A DNA stretch of 64,000 bases from positions 1,860,001-1,924,000 of the forward strand of contig MU004181.1 of assembly GCA_010093605.1 (NCBI GenBank), written 5' to 3'. Below the pieces are notes generated by a model. It ran no database searches, was not told the DNA's origin, and worked only from the letters and a program-made list of their open reading frames with translations. This document shows positions 13,468 to 25,475 of the stretch, piece after piece (the stretch's first letter is position 1; each line of letters starts with the position of its first letter). The translations under genes and the position numbers were made by a program. The stretch is from Lophium mytilinum. Taxonomy: Eukaryota.

Positions 13468-15389
13468 TCAAAGCGACAGATAATCAGGAAACTGCCCGCT
13501 CTCAGGAATTTTGGGATCGAACTCAAGCAAGTTGAGATTCGGTACTGCATGCCTCAGATTCTCAAGAGATGTAGGTATACCGACTGCAACCTTGCAGCCC
13601 CACATATCTGTCCGAAACCCCCTCGCAAAGTACAGCTTGGGTACAAAAATGTGGTCTTCGACCTCCGTGCACATGGACTCGGTCCCAAAAGCAACTAGTT
13701 GGAGCTTGGCTTCGGAATTGGATTGGTAGAAACGTCGGAATATGAAATCCGCTAGCTGCTGGAGAACAGAATCTGCTTCCTTTCGAGTGCTAGGGGGATC
13801 CTCTTCATCGGTACTCAAGAGGTTCTGGATGTGTAGGACTCTGAGCTCGGGCAGAGCTTGGATACGATCCTGGTATCGTTAGTTGGTTCGAGTATTCCAA
13901 ACTAAGCACTGCTGCGTTGTGTGTGGCGCTGATGGGATCCACTTACAATCCATCGGCAAAGCGTATCGTCGACCGCATCATCGATTTCTATCGATGGAAA
14001 GCGCAGAGACAACTGAACGATTTCTCGACAGCTTTCAACAATGATGATGAGAAATGCGTCATTAGAGAATTCATTGTTGTAAGGGAGGTTTAGCCCCAGG
14101 GTTTTCAGTGTTTTTCCCTGCTTGATCATTTCGTCTACAGTGAAAGTCTCATGATCCTTGTTCGGGTAATAGTAAAGTTCTTCAAGACCCGAGATTGTAG
14201 AAATGAAATGCTCGACAAAGGAGCAACTGTTGAAAAGGTCGTCCTCGATAAGATCAGCTTCAAAGCCATCGTCATATTGAACGCACAAGCGTCGAAGCGT
14301 CTGTCGGTAGTTGCTCGAAGATTCTTCAAGGTCTGTCAAGAAGGTGGCCCAGTACGTACAATTCCGGATGGTGAGGCTTTTCAAGGCCGATTTCTCTATC
14401 AAAAGTAATAGTAAAGGGCCAAAGGTCTCAAGATTAACATAGCGCAGGTCTAGGTGTGCTAATTGTGTACTCTTGAGGGAGGTTAGAGCATCAGACGGAG
14501 AAACACTGATACTATCTCGTCGCATGTAGTCTGCTAAGGACTGTATGTCGTCGCTAATAAATTTGCCTTGCACACATAGCTGTTTTAACTTTGGAAAGGG
14601 GAACTTCCAGAGTACGCCGGTGTAGAGATCGTGTCCGTCAGCAGAACACACAAGGTTGAGGGATTCCAGTTGCTCAACCCTTTTTGTATAGAGCATTGAG
14701 AGCAGATTTTCCGAGAATTTGGCAAACTGCATTGGCATTTGGACATGTCGGAGATTCCCCTGCATAGCGCCAAGCATGTCGCGACATCTTTGACTAAGCT
14801 TCACTGTTGGACTGTCCGAAAGAAACCTGTAAGATCCTGTTAGATTTCTATTAACATATTCATGTCTACATACTACAGACCGAAAGGTGTTCAGGGTATT
14901 TTCGGGAAGTGTTCGGATGAGGGTGTCGATCATGAATTCGATCTGATCCTCACTCTCCAAAAGGGGCGTCCAGTCTAGCACATCAGGGGAGTTCTGCTCT
15001 GCTAGGGTTGGCACTCGACAGTATTTTTCATCGCGACTCTTTAGGTCTAGCAATATGAGCTCCCGAGTCGCACATAAGTTCCTGCCACCCCCTGCACAAA
15101 GTGCTCTCATGAGGACCCCATATTTCCGCTGATTCCTCACATCCAGGCTGATCGTATGGTAAAGCCGTGGCGTTGCGATAGCCCGAAGGTGCTTGCAAGC
15201 GAGGCAGAGGGACTTGAGATCGGACGGACGTGTAATCTAGGCGATGGGAAGCGTTAGCACACGCGTTGAGAACCAATTGCAGCCTTCGTGTTATGGTAAA
15301 CCTGACTCAGAGATGCAACAGAACGGTGTGCTTACCAGATCCAACACAAGCAGCTGGATGTCAGCAGAGATGCTCAATAGGGTTGCCAT
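13468..15389 (-). CDS. F-box domain protein with LRR-like C-terminal region
   Basis: Manual 3-exon model 15389-15336, 15236-13947, 13869-13468 with canonical GTAAG/AG introns. N-terminus MATLLSISADIQLLVLDL|ITRPSDLKSLCLACKHLRAIATPRLYHTISL is F-box-like. Downstream LxxLxL repeats (LESLNL, LKQLCV, LAHLDL, LKSLTI, LRRLCV, LKTLGL). Confidence 0.8.
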
Positions 15390-15842
15390 TGCTGAATTGC
15401 AACCCTACCCGTCTAGTTCGTCGGTGCGGATTGAGGTTTTGGTCCTAGAGCGGAGGATGTCGACGTTAGGAGGTGCAGTTGAAGAGCTTGGACCACATCA
15501 CGTCGCGCTATCACATGATCAACTTCATAACATGGATAGTGTCACGTACTTGTGTAGCTTTAAGGTGGTTTTAGGGATGCGGAGGGGAGTGTAGTACCTA
15601 AGTCCATCATCTTGAGTTTCACATTAGTTTACGGGGCCACTTCAGATAGCGGTGTCCTGATCGGACGACACCTCTACATTCGAGTAGTCAGTTCCACATC
15701 GGTAGGAGTCACTGGAACAGTTCCACAAGAGGTAGAAGAGATCCACACATATGCGTGAGTGGTATTATCATCGAGGCCTCTGATCTTAGAGGCCGGGAAC
15801 ATAAAATTGATTGTCCAAGACGCTCAGCTAGTCAAGAGGCAA

Positions 15843-18812
15843 CTATCCAAAATTCAGCTCATCCTCGCTATCACTCCAATCAGCACCTTTCCCAGCACAA
15901 TACTTCTGTTTGGTCGGAGCACTTCGCGTTGAAACGGTGCGCCTCAGACCACTTCTAGGCAAAGCCCTCTTCACTCCGTGGCTAGCGATGGATGCCCGAG
16001 TTTCGGTGAACGATAACTCGTCTTCCTCACTATCTTCCGTGTCGAGTGTTCCTGCATCGCTTGTACTTCTCTTGTAGGGGCGCTCGAATCGAGAGTCATC
16101 GCTAGCGGGACGTTTGTAAATTTCGATCCGAGTGTCTCCTAGCTTTGGACGGCTGGCGCGCACACAGCTGTTGCTCCGATCATCGTCTTGATCTGATGTT
16201 ACTCCCTCATATTGACACGAGTTCTGGGCATTGCGATTTGCCTTCTCGGAGAGCTTAGTACGCACTTTCCCAGCCTTCAATTTGGTGACTATGTCAGCTA
16301 TCTCGCCCAAGCTTCTCCGCTTCCGGCCGAAAGAAGAGTGATCACTAGTTTTCCGGGAGCCTAAATCAAGGCGATTTTTTTGAGAATGTGAGCTTGGAGA
16401 GGATGGCTTTGTAGCTATAGGCTCGTTTTGGTAGGGGGATTCTGCTCTTCGCCGCTTCGATACAGCAAGATCTGGGCTATATCTCCTCTTCTTAGAGGAG
16501 CTTGGAGAGCCATCATCCTTCGCCTCGATATTGCTCATTAGGGATATCTTTGGTGAGTAAGCATGTGACGGCGTAAATCTGGGGGACGAGCGCGAGGGCG
16601 ATGTGGCAATTGCAGAAAGGGGTGTAGTATTGACGGCATTGATACTTCCACTAGACTGTGGTGTATCTGGTTCAGGTTCTGAATCCGTCGGTGTTGGTGG
16701 GTATGCAGAGCGTTGCATAGCTGGCCGCGTAGCTTGCTGGATCTGTGGCCTAGTGAATGGTGTACAGGCAACCCATTCGCAAATACCCTCCTCCCAGCGA
16801 AATCCCTTCCGTACTGTCGGAGAAGATGGTGAAAGCTTCTTAGCCGGGGTTTGTTCCAAAAGGAAAGGTCCAGTGTCTTGTATGCTCCTTTCAATCTCGT
16901 TCGCAAAAGCTGCATAGGTACATTTCCTAGTATCCATTGCGAACTTCATTGAAGCCGCGAGTGCAACCCTCTTTGCGAACCACTGGGACTGTGTTGATAT
17001 TTGCCGAAGCGGATTAGCTAAGCACCGGACGAGTCTTTGCAGATGAGCAAAGCCGTCATCCTGGGAAGCCCGGCCAAAGCAACGAGCCGAGGAACAGACC
17101 AATTGTGGGAGAGTCTCAGCGTTTGTACCCTCAATGGACTCGCTCCGGGAAATAGCAGTAGATAATCCGTCGAGTACAGTAATATGCTTATTCATGTTGA
17201 TATTGATGAACGTGGATTCCAGGGTAATTCCTTCAATGAAGAGAAGAAATGGCGCTGCGATGGCATATAAAGCGCGTTGAGCATAAGCTGCGCCTGTCTC
17301 GGAGTCATGGTCTGTACCAATATTGACTCTGTCTATTACCGACGTCGTGATCCCAAGTAGGGCCCAGGTAATAGAATGCACAGTATCCTTGTCAATACCT
17401 TCTGCCCGTTGGTGTGATACCGATGCAATGCTCGCCAGCAAAGTAAATAGGCTTGAGAATGTGTTGCTCAACGCATCACGTATGTCGGCTTTTGGCAAAG
17501 CTCGGACTACATGATACTGGTTGTTTAAGTGTGCTAGGCCGTTTGCGTTGAGAAGACAAGCATCTTCCATCCCTATTCCAACCATTACCGCACGCTCTAG
17601 GAGCCCGAAAGCGCTAGCATAGGTGCGATGGTGCTTATCAGACAGCACACGGACAACTCTAGTCCACACAGGGTGCATACTCCGGGTTGCAAGCCACTCT
17701 ACTGGCAAGAGGTCGTGTGAGAGCGCCAAGTTCAATTTATCGAAGAGGAATTGATATCGTTGGGTTCGCGCGACGAATTCGTTGATCATCGACCAGCATG
17801 GTGACTGGTCTAAGCCGAAGAGATTAGAATGTACATCTTTCGGGGGGGCTATAGGCCCTTCGGAAATGACGTAGCTGGACAGAATTTGTTCCGCTTCGTT
17901 CCAAGCCGACGCATTCATGCAGAGGCGATAAAGCCCAAGGATCACACCCGGAATCAATAGTTTGTCTTCAATGGCCTCTTGGAGAAGGGATATCGCATGA
18001 GCTCTAACCACCTCTCTCAGAGGCTTCCAACCGATACCATCTTCGACTGCTCCATGGTCCTCCAGGTAGGAATAGATCTCGTTGGCGACATCCGTGTCAT
18101 CATCGTCACCATCCTCTTCGAGGAAATGTTCCTCTAGACGAATGTATGCAGGTACTTGCCGCATGCATGTCGAAAAAAGGGACCTGGTTCCTTTTCGGCT
18201 CTTGTCCGTATCGGATTTGGTGGCCTGAAGAAGGTTTGACAATCCATCGTAAAGGCCATCAATTTGTTTCCACATATCCGCGTTCATTTGTTTTCTCAAT
18301 ACTTGAAGGTCCTCCTTGGGCTTGATAATCTTTGGCTTTAGATTCCGGCTGTGCTGCAAGGGTGAAGGCTGTATATGCGGGCTGTCCTCAAGCTTTCCTA
18401 GATTTCGAGCAATATATGGCGTTGGCAGATAGACATCTCCAGGACGGGCCAAATGAACACGGCCTGGGGTCGAGCTCAATGATCCTTTCGGTTTCGAGAC
18501 CTTCCCCTTGTAGATACGTCTAGCAATTCCAACCTGCTTAGGCTTTGGCATCCAATCTGGGTCCTGGGCCTTGTCGAATCCGCGTGGCCGTACGTCCTTC
18601 GACCCTTGGGATATATTCACCCTCTTCTCAGCTTGTGCGATTGGTTTGGTTCGGCCATCAAGCTGACTATTGGGATCCTTCAAAAGCAGTGACCTCCGAT
18701 CGTGTGTGTGCTTGCGCAAGACGGCAAGGCGAGAAGCGACTGGGCGTAATAATCGATTGCAACGGGTGGTAGTCCATGGGACCTGGCCATCGAGCGCGGG
18801 TAGAGTATCCAT
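15843..18812 (-). CDS. Hypothetical 989-aa protein (helical core, disordered basic/Ser-rich C-terminus)
   Basis: Uninterrupted 2970-bp ORF. Motif-like blocks WTTTRCNRLLRP, DPDW, LLPVEWLAT, FRWEEGICEWV and terminal SEDEL. Function not recognised. Confidence 0.85.
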   Translation of the reverse strand: MDTLPALDGQVPWTTTRCNRLLRPVASRLAVLRKHTHDRRSLLLKDPNSQLDGRTKPIAQAEKRVNISQGSKDVRPRGFDKAQDPDWMPKPKQVGIARRIYKGKVSKPKGSLSSTPGRVHLARPGDVYLPTPYIARNLGKLEDSPHIQPSPLQHSRNLKPKIIKPKEDLQVLRKQMNADMWKQIDGLYDGLSNLLQATKSDTDKSRKGTRSLFSTCMRQVPAYIRLEEHFLEEDGDDDDTDVANEIYSYLEDHGAVEDGIGWKPLREVVRAHAISLLQEAIEDKLLIPGVILGLYRLCMNASAWNEAEQILSSYVISEGPIAPPKDVHSNLFGLDQSPCWSMINEFVARTQRYQFLFDKLNLALSHDLLPVEWLATRSMHPVWTRVVRVLSDKHHRTYASAFGLLERAVMVGIGMEDACLLNANGLAHLNNQYHVVRALPKADIRDALSNTFSSLFTLLASIASVSHQRAEGIDKDTVHSITWALLGITTSVIDRVNIGTDHDSETGAAYAQRALYAIAAPFLLFIEGITLESTFININMNKHITVLDGLSTAISRSESIEGTNAETLPQLVCSSARCFGRASQDDGFAHLQRLVRCLANPLRQISTQSQWFAKRVALAASMKFAMDTRKCTYAAFANEIERSIQDTGPFLLEQTPAKKLSPSSPTVRKGFRWEEGICEWVACTPFTRPQIQQATRPAMQRSAYPPTPTDSEPEPDTPQSSGSINAVNTTPLSAIATSPSRSSPRFTPSHAYSPKISLMSNIEAKDDGSPSSSKKRRYSPDLAVSKRRRAESPYQNEPIATKPSSPSSHSQKNRLDLGSRKTSDHSSFGRKRRSLGEIADIVTKLKAGKVRTKLSEKANRNAQNSCQYEGVTSDQDDDRSNSCVRASRPKLGDTRIEIYKRPASDDSRFERPYKRSTSDAGTLDTEDSEEDELSFTETRASIASHGVKRALPRSGLRRTVSTRSAPTKQKYCAGKGADWSDSEDELNFG

Positions 18813-19977
18813 ATTTATTGTATCCCAATGTTGAGCTGCGTTATCAGTAAGTACATGTTTGTAAAGATAGTGTCAATGCGACAGCAGTGATGCGCATTCA
18901 CCGAATGCGCCGGCATCGCACTCACTGTCATGGGTCCAATATGTAATATTAGAGTAGTCTCTAATAAGAGTATGTCATGGTGTAATAGGATATCCAAATT
19001 CTGTGGGAGGAGGGGTAATATGTGGAAGAGAGGGGCGTGGTGGTGTTGAGATCGCTGTCGCGAACCCATCAAAACATTCTTGGCAAACATAAACCCTGAT
19101 TGCATCACGTGACCGTCTACTGACCAACCCCTGTTCATCGGAAACATTGACTTCGAATCACTGAGTCTAGGGGTTGCAAGTGGCGCTTAACAGTTTTTTA
19201 AATATTCACTCTAGTTTTGGGTATCAAGAATCAAACCACCACCGGACAACTCAGGACTCAACAAGGACGCTTGATGGCTATGTCGTTTTCTCTGAGCGCT
19301 GCACACCTATCTAGCTAGTGGGCTCGTATTTTTCGGCATTCTCGGATCTGTCGTGATGCCATTCAGCGAGGGACGCGAGGTGCAGTCTGCTCAGCCTCAA
19401 CTCCTTCACTGCGAAAAGCGTGTTAAAGATTGCCTATCTGGGCACAAATGAGCGACAATCTCGGAACTTCAAGGAAACCTGTAAACTACGCTTTCGAAAA
19501 GCAAAACAGATCTATTGAAAAACCTTGACTGTTAATAATGGCGTAAGAGCTGGAAGGCTGATTGCAATCACGAAATGGTAACTGGCTCGCGCTACATAGG
19601 TATGGTATTACCCACGAGCTGAAGCAGGCGTAGCCAAAGCATGCACAGCACGTCGTTCATCATCGAAGCGCTCGACGGATGCGTGGCAGACAGCAGAAGT
19701 GTATATATAATATACATACTCTCTCGTTCGCACGTGCTCTCTGCTGCCTATTACGACCTTATACCTTTGTATGAGCGACTCTACGGAGTGCCGCCCTTTC
19801 TCGTGACTACTTCTTCATCCTTATTACGACCTCGACTGTTTTGGAGTAAATGCGCTCAACTCCTGATATTTGCAGTTCCTCAAATTTGGAAAGACGAAGT
19901 GCCTTAGGTTGGCTTTTCTGGAAAAGGAAGGCTCGCCGGGTGCACCAGTTTCCCTAATAGGTCTAGCGTCTTCCTGC

Positions 19978-20068
19978 TCGGGTAAGTCTTGGCAGTGTCC
20001 AAGAAGTGTGGAAGGCAGAGAGGGTTGCGTCCAAAATTGCCATCACGTGCCATGGCGGTTTTTAGCGC
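19978..20068 (+). repeat. Copy of a ~90-bp dispersed repeat family
   Basis: CGGGTAAGTCTTGGCAGTGTCCAAGAAGTGTGGAAGGC...GTTGCGTCCAAAATTGCCATCACGTGCCATGGCGGTTT matches 25040-25112 (+) and 46631-46712 (-). Confidence 0.85.
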
Positions 20069-20129
20069 ACTGCTCGCGCGCAACTTTGACATGTCGGCCT
20101 CGTCTGTAGCACGGCAATCATTCGTACAC

Positions 20130-20750
20130 CAAACCTTTCCTTTCTCATTGTCCTTCTCTCAAAAACGAAGTCCCTGCTGTTCTTTGCTCGCGACTAACCG
20201 AGAACCTACAAGATGCATCTTGATATCAACTACCTGTGCAGAAGTATGGAAGTAAAACTAAAAGCCGTTGCAAAGGCCTCCTCGAGTTTCAGTCAAACAA
20301 ACCGAGTTTGTTGGCACGGATATTTCGTGCCCTGGCGAAACACCACCCGAGAATTCGCTCTCTTCACTGAGTGACTCTTGGGTACAATGGCACCACAAGC
20401 CGGTCCTAGACTATCTCAACCGCCTCGAGCTGTGGGCTCTGCTCCAGTCCCGCGCCGATTCAAACTTCATACCGGAATTGGCACTAACCAAATCATGGCT
20501 TCTTCAGGTCAAGCTGGCTGTCTCGGCGAATTAGAAGGATACGTCGATGTCCAGAGGGTTCAAAGATTCTAGGTATTCCAGAGGTTTAGAAGAAGCCCGA
20601 TGCAAGAGAGCTGTTACACCGAGGACTAGATCATTGAGGTACTCGAGGAAGCAAGTAAGCAGATTAGATCGGACGAGGGTTCAGATAACCCGTCGCAGTA
20701 TCGGTTCGCTGAACGAGTTGTCTGGACACGCTGGAGAAAATGCTTGAGAG
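20130..20750 (+). pseudogene. Frameshifted relic of the C-terminal part of a fungal NACHT/NLR-like gene
   Basis: Across frameshifts it reads LCRSMEVKLK/SRCKGLLE/...VQWHHKPVLDYLNRLELWALL...FIPELALTKSWLLQVKL, then stops. This resembles the RLxSRCxGLLE...VxFxHxTVxDFL post-NACHT region as I recall it. No P-loop seen. Confidence 0.5.
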
Positions 20751-23006
20751 AATAGGAGCTATCAGTCCGATCAACATCGATAAACAAGTCGACAAGATTG
20801 ATGAAGATATTGGAAAGGGATCCATCAATACTATCATCTAGAGGGGTAATTCTCCTCTAAGACTATCAAGACAACGGATGTACGGATGAAAGCCAAATCC
20901 GCGGTTCGGAACACAGATCCGAACTTGATACTAAAGGGATATTGGTGACGGCGTAGCCTGAGGTGGCCACCTGAGAGATCAGGACGATCAGAGTAATACA
21001 CCCAAGTGTTACCTCAATTCAGAAGTCCAATAAAACCTAGTGGCGATATACAATCATGCGCAAGCGCATATTGCCACGAGAAAACGGGCTTCTTCAATCT
21101 TTGAGTTGGGAGCGGTTAGGAAACAGCACCCAGCGGAGTTTCACATAACCGATGCCAAGTCGATCTTACCCGCTTCAGTACCTGGACAACCCTGTACCTG
21201 CCTAGCTAGTATTCAACCTAGATCCCGAGGTCCTTCTCCTGGCTCCCAGCAACGCCCGCATGCATCAGAATTTCGACCGCATTGCGTGCCTGATCCACAA
21301 TGCCATGGCATGAATGCAATCAATCAACCCATAATCTCACCTCAGCGTCTCCCCTGCCAAGCGACGCGCTCCTCCGAGTTTTCTTGCCAGCATCCCATGA
21401 CATCCACCCAGACTCCACCTCATGAGCTAGGTGTGACTTATTGAATTGCATGTGTATCGGCCCGCAACAGCGCCAAGGTGCATGAGGAGGTGCAGTTGAT
21501 CCCGCGTCTGGTGGCTGGCTGAGTTGTGCCTCAACAGTATCTTAAAGATTTGAGGCGCTTCGAAAACTAGAGCGAGCTTCCGCTTCAATATATAAGGCCG
21601 GTTTCGCCTTAGATATACTCGCGCACCCTAGGCCGCCCAGATGTCAGAGCATTGATGGCGGTTTCGAAAACGCGAAGTTCTAGGAGGCTTGCAGCGGCGT
21701 TATGCCTTCATGAGGATTTCGAGCCGAGAGTGCGTGCTGACACTATCACAAGCAAACAGAACCTCGACTGAAAGCATCGACTAGCAGCTCAGCGATTATT
21801 TTCTCTATTTTCCTCAGCTTTGGATGGCGTCGGCAGGGTTTTTCCGGAAACCTGGCGTTCGACATGTGTACCTCACGCTTCACGACTCCTGACATGCGGT
21901 TCTTTTTCACGTTTCAACCCCATATTCGGCTAGCAGTGTGGCAGTAGCCCTACGTGGGGGACGCACAACTAATCGCTCATCGCGGCGCCGATGAACTCCA
22001 CTTCACAACGGTAGTCTCTCGCGGTTCGTGCCCCTTGCAGATGGCCCCATCAGCAGCAACGGAGCTGTCCCGAAAGACTTTAGACACCCTTTTTGAAACC
22101 AAAAGCACGGAGACCAGAAACGACCTCACACATGCCGTCTCCCTCAACGCTTTTTCAATGAAATACATTCTGCACATGGACGGACCCCGCCTACGCTGAC
22201 CGCTGTGGAAAGCCGTAATCCAACCTGGGTAGGTCTCTAGATGCCTCCGTAAGCGCCCCCCGCTATATACTCCGGCCCCGTCGATACGTAGTACGGGCTG
22301 ATCTGTGATCATTGTGAACAACCCGACGGGACCCGAGTACAATAGGGTAGATCAGATGCAAGTGCACTCTTCGGGCACACGCCTGACTGGCACCTCGGCG
22401 GTTTTTCAATCCCTACAGCTAATCCTAAACTCTCGAGAACATTCGGCAGCCATAAAAAAGAGAAGGAGGGTCCTTCCCTGGTTATCGGGTCCCTTCAGGG
22501 ATAGACAGGCCCTCCACTTCCAGGTATGCCAGGAACATTGGCAGCTCGACCGACTCGTTACTAAGACTTTGCTCAAAGGGTTCACACATGCCTCAGATTT
22601 TTCTGATTGGCCTGCTCTTCCCTAAATAGTACGCATCCCCGTCGATAGCGGTCTCTACTCGGTACTGCAACACGTACCTGGTGTCCAGAAGCGTCTGCAT
22701 AAACGTGCATCCGGCGCCCTTGCCACAGCACGCTCTAGCTCACGCGAGGGCTCCACATGCCGTAGGGCTTTAATCTAGATAACCTTATGATCCCTTGTGG
22801 TGCCGCTGGCTTTGCGCCCTCTTCCGCTTCCTTCTGGAAACCCTAAATTGATCCCCACTCTCATTTAGCTTCACGATGAATAGCACACAAACATTTCCAT
22901 AACGTATCATTCAATCGAAGCGCTACTCATCAAGTTGATAATTTGCGCCATAGCGGCGGGCGTCGACGCCTGCTTGAACCCCTAGAACCATCGGTCGCTT
23001 TCAAGA

Positions 23007-24795
23007 ATGAAATACTTCAGATCACTCCTACTTTTCACTTCGACTCTTTCTTTGGTTCAAGGGGACTTGCTCGCTTCCGCAACAAAGGCTCTACCCGATT
23101 GCGCGGTAAACTCAACCTTGGAATCGGCTCGTTGACCGTCATGCTGACAACTTGACAGATCAAGTGCCTAGTATCTGCAATATCAGTGTCGTCATGCGCA
23201 GTCACGGATGTAGCATGCATTGCTCACGATCAAGCATTAGAGCTAAAGGTTCAAGGATGCGTCAAAGAAGCATGTACTATCAAAGAAGCTTTAGGTATGT
23301 GGTCTATCAAACTTAAGCTCATCAGTAAAGCAAGACGATGCCAACACAATTCCAGTCACGAAAAATTTTACGAGTTCGGCATTCGGCGCACCAATAAGAG
23401 ATCGGACGAAAGATGTCAGCATCACCGGGGTGACAGGTGGAGCTCTTGCTTTGGTAGTTGTGGGATTAAGAGTAATTGCACGGTTACCCTGCTTGGGTGG
23501 CCAGTGGGGTAACGATGATTGGGCGATACTGGTAGCAATGGTAAGATGTCTTGCTATGTAATGAGGGAACTAACGCTCACTATAAAATTAGTTGCCTGTT
23601 ATACCTCTCACCTGCCTGTCGGTTATCCGTATGCATCCCCGCCACTCACATCCACGCGCATAGCTAAGCAGAACGTAGTTGCGAACGACGGTCTCGGCAA
23701 GGATCTATGGACAGTTCCATTTGAGAAAGTCACCACGATATTACATGTCAGTCCAGCCCCTCAATTAGCATTGATGAATCTCTATTGATACCTACCCTAC
23801 AGCTCTACTACTTCGACGAGATTATATACCTCACCGCAATCGCCCTAACCAAGATCTCAATCCTCTTCTTCTACCTCCGTATATTCCCCGGAAAGAACTT
23901 TCGTAAATGCGTTTACGGAGTCATGGCTTGTTGCGTACTATACATCGTTGGTTTCATTCCTCCGGTCATTGCGCAATGCCGGCCTATCAACTTGGCATGG
24001 AAACATTGGGACGGCGAGCACGAGGGGCACTGCATAAACCTCAACGTGGAAGGATGGATCTCAGCGGCTGTGAACATTGCAATTGATGTTATGGTCATCC
24101 TGCTCCCATTGCAGCAGATAGTAAAGCTGAAGCTGAGTCGGAGGAAGAAATACGGCTTGATAGTCATGTTCACGATGGGCGTATTGTAAGCCATTCGCCC
24201 CTATCCACTCCTCCACCTAATCAAAGCTGACAACACAGCGTCACCGTCATCAGTATGCTTCGTCTGAAATGGATGATTCAATTCGCAAATACGGAAAACG
24301 TAACTTGTACACAACATCCCATCTCCTCCATCACAACTCCCCACTAACGATCGCACAGGGGACTACGTACCAATCGGCTACTGGTCCACAATCGAAGTCC
24401 ACATTGGCATCATCTGCGCCTGCCTCCCCGCCTTGCGCGCCCTCCAGTTCCGCATCTTCCCCTCCACCGCCCACGCCTCGCAGTACGCAGCCAACTACTA
24501 CGACACCAGCAAGCGTGGCCACTCGGGCTATAACACGCAAGCCAGCAACGCCAGCATCATCCACTCGCCAGCGATGAAAAGCGAGCGCGATAAGGATAGG
24601 AAGGGCGCGCGGGAGTTTGTGCCCCTGGACGATTTGTGTGTGGAGAGCATGAATCTGGTTGTCGCGGGGAAAGGGGGTCGGCCGCGGGAGATCAGAACGT
24701 TGGGTAGGGCTGAGAGTGATGGGGGGACTAGGATTGTGGTGAGGAAAGAGTATAGTGTTGCAGTTGAGGAGGGGAGGGGAGGCGTTTTTGAATGA
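23007..24795 (+). CDS. CFEM-domain PTH11-like integral membrane receptor (fungal rhodopsin-like domain)
   Basis: Signal peptide MKYFRSLLLFTSTLSLVQG. CFEM LPDCA|IKCL...SSCAVTDVAC...GCVKEAC. PTH11 motifs WGNDDW, GLGKDLWTVPF, LTKISILFFYLRIF, QCRPINLAW, WSTIEVHIGIICACLP. Several short GT-AG introns. Confidence 0.93.
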
Positions 24796-24954
24796 CCAGG
24801 GGGTGTGTTGGTTTTGAATTGATTACTTGATGAGCGATGTTTCTTGGAGACTCGAACTATGACTTTGGTATGTCTGGTGTTGCGAGTCGGTGAGAAGGAA
24901 AATCTGATGGGGAATTGTATGATGTATGATAAAGAGTTCTATAGGACGAGTCAA

Positions 24955-25280
24955 TTGGGCAAGTCTTGACAATATGCAAAAGCGTGGAAGGCAAAAAGGG
25001 TTGCGCTCGGGGGGGTTAGCACGTGATGAAATACTTGTTCGGGCAAGTCTTGGCAGTGCGCCAAAAGTGTGGAAGGCCGAGAAGGTTGCGCCCAAATTGC
25101 CATGGCGGTTTAACGGGGGGGGGAGGGTTCAGTTAAACCGCCATGGCAATTTGGGCGCAACTCTCTCCGTCTTCCACACTTTTGCAGGCTCTGCCAAGAC
25201 CTTCCTAAACCGGAACCCCCTGCACAGGTATTGATGGCAACTTCTCCACTATGGGCTCTGCCAAGACTATCCCGAATCAG
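24955..25280. repeat. Nested palindrome of the dispersed repeat (two forward plus two reverse copies; MITE/foldback-like)
   Basis: Perfect 30-bp inverted repeat 25085-25114 / 25132-25161 around a 17-nt G-rich spacer. Extended by AAAAGTGTGGAAG/CTTCCACACTTTT and GTCTTGGCAG/CTGCCAAGAC. Degenerate outer copies near 24955-25008 and 25237-25277. Confidence 0.9.
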
Positions 25281-25475
25281 TGTCTAATCAATTTCACCAC
25301 CGGTAGAACGCATTTACGTTAAACAACCATATATTCTTCTCGGGAATATCCATGAACGTTATTGTGCTCCTTTCAAGATTGTCTACTCGTCTCCGCAATA
25401 AATTTAGGCTGACATTCTCCCCTGCTGACAGCCTCTTCAGGTACTGAACAACACATTTGCGTTTATCTCTCATCT

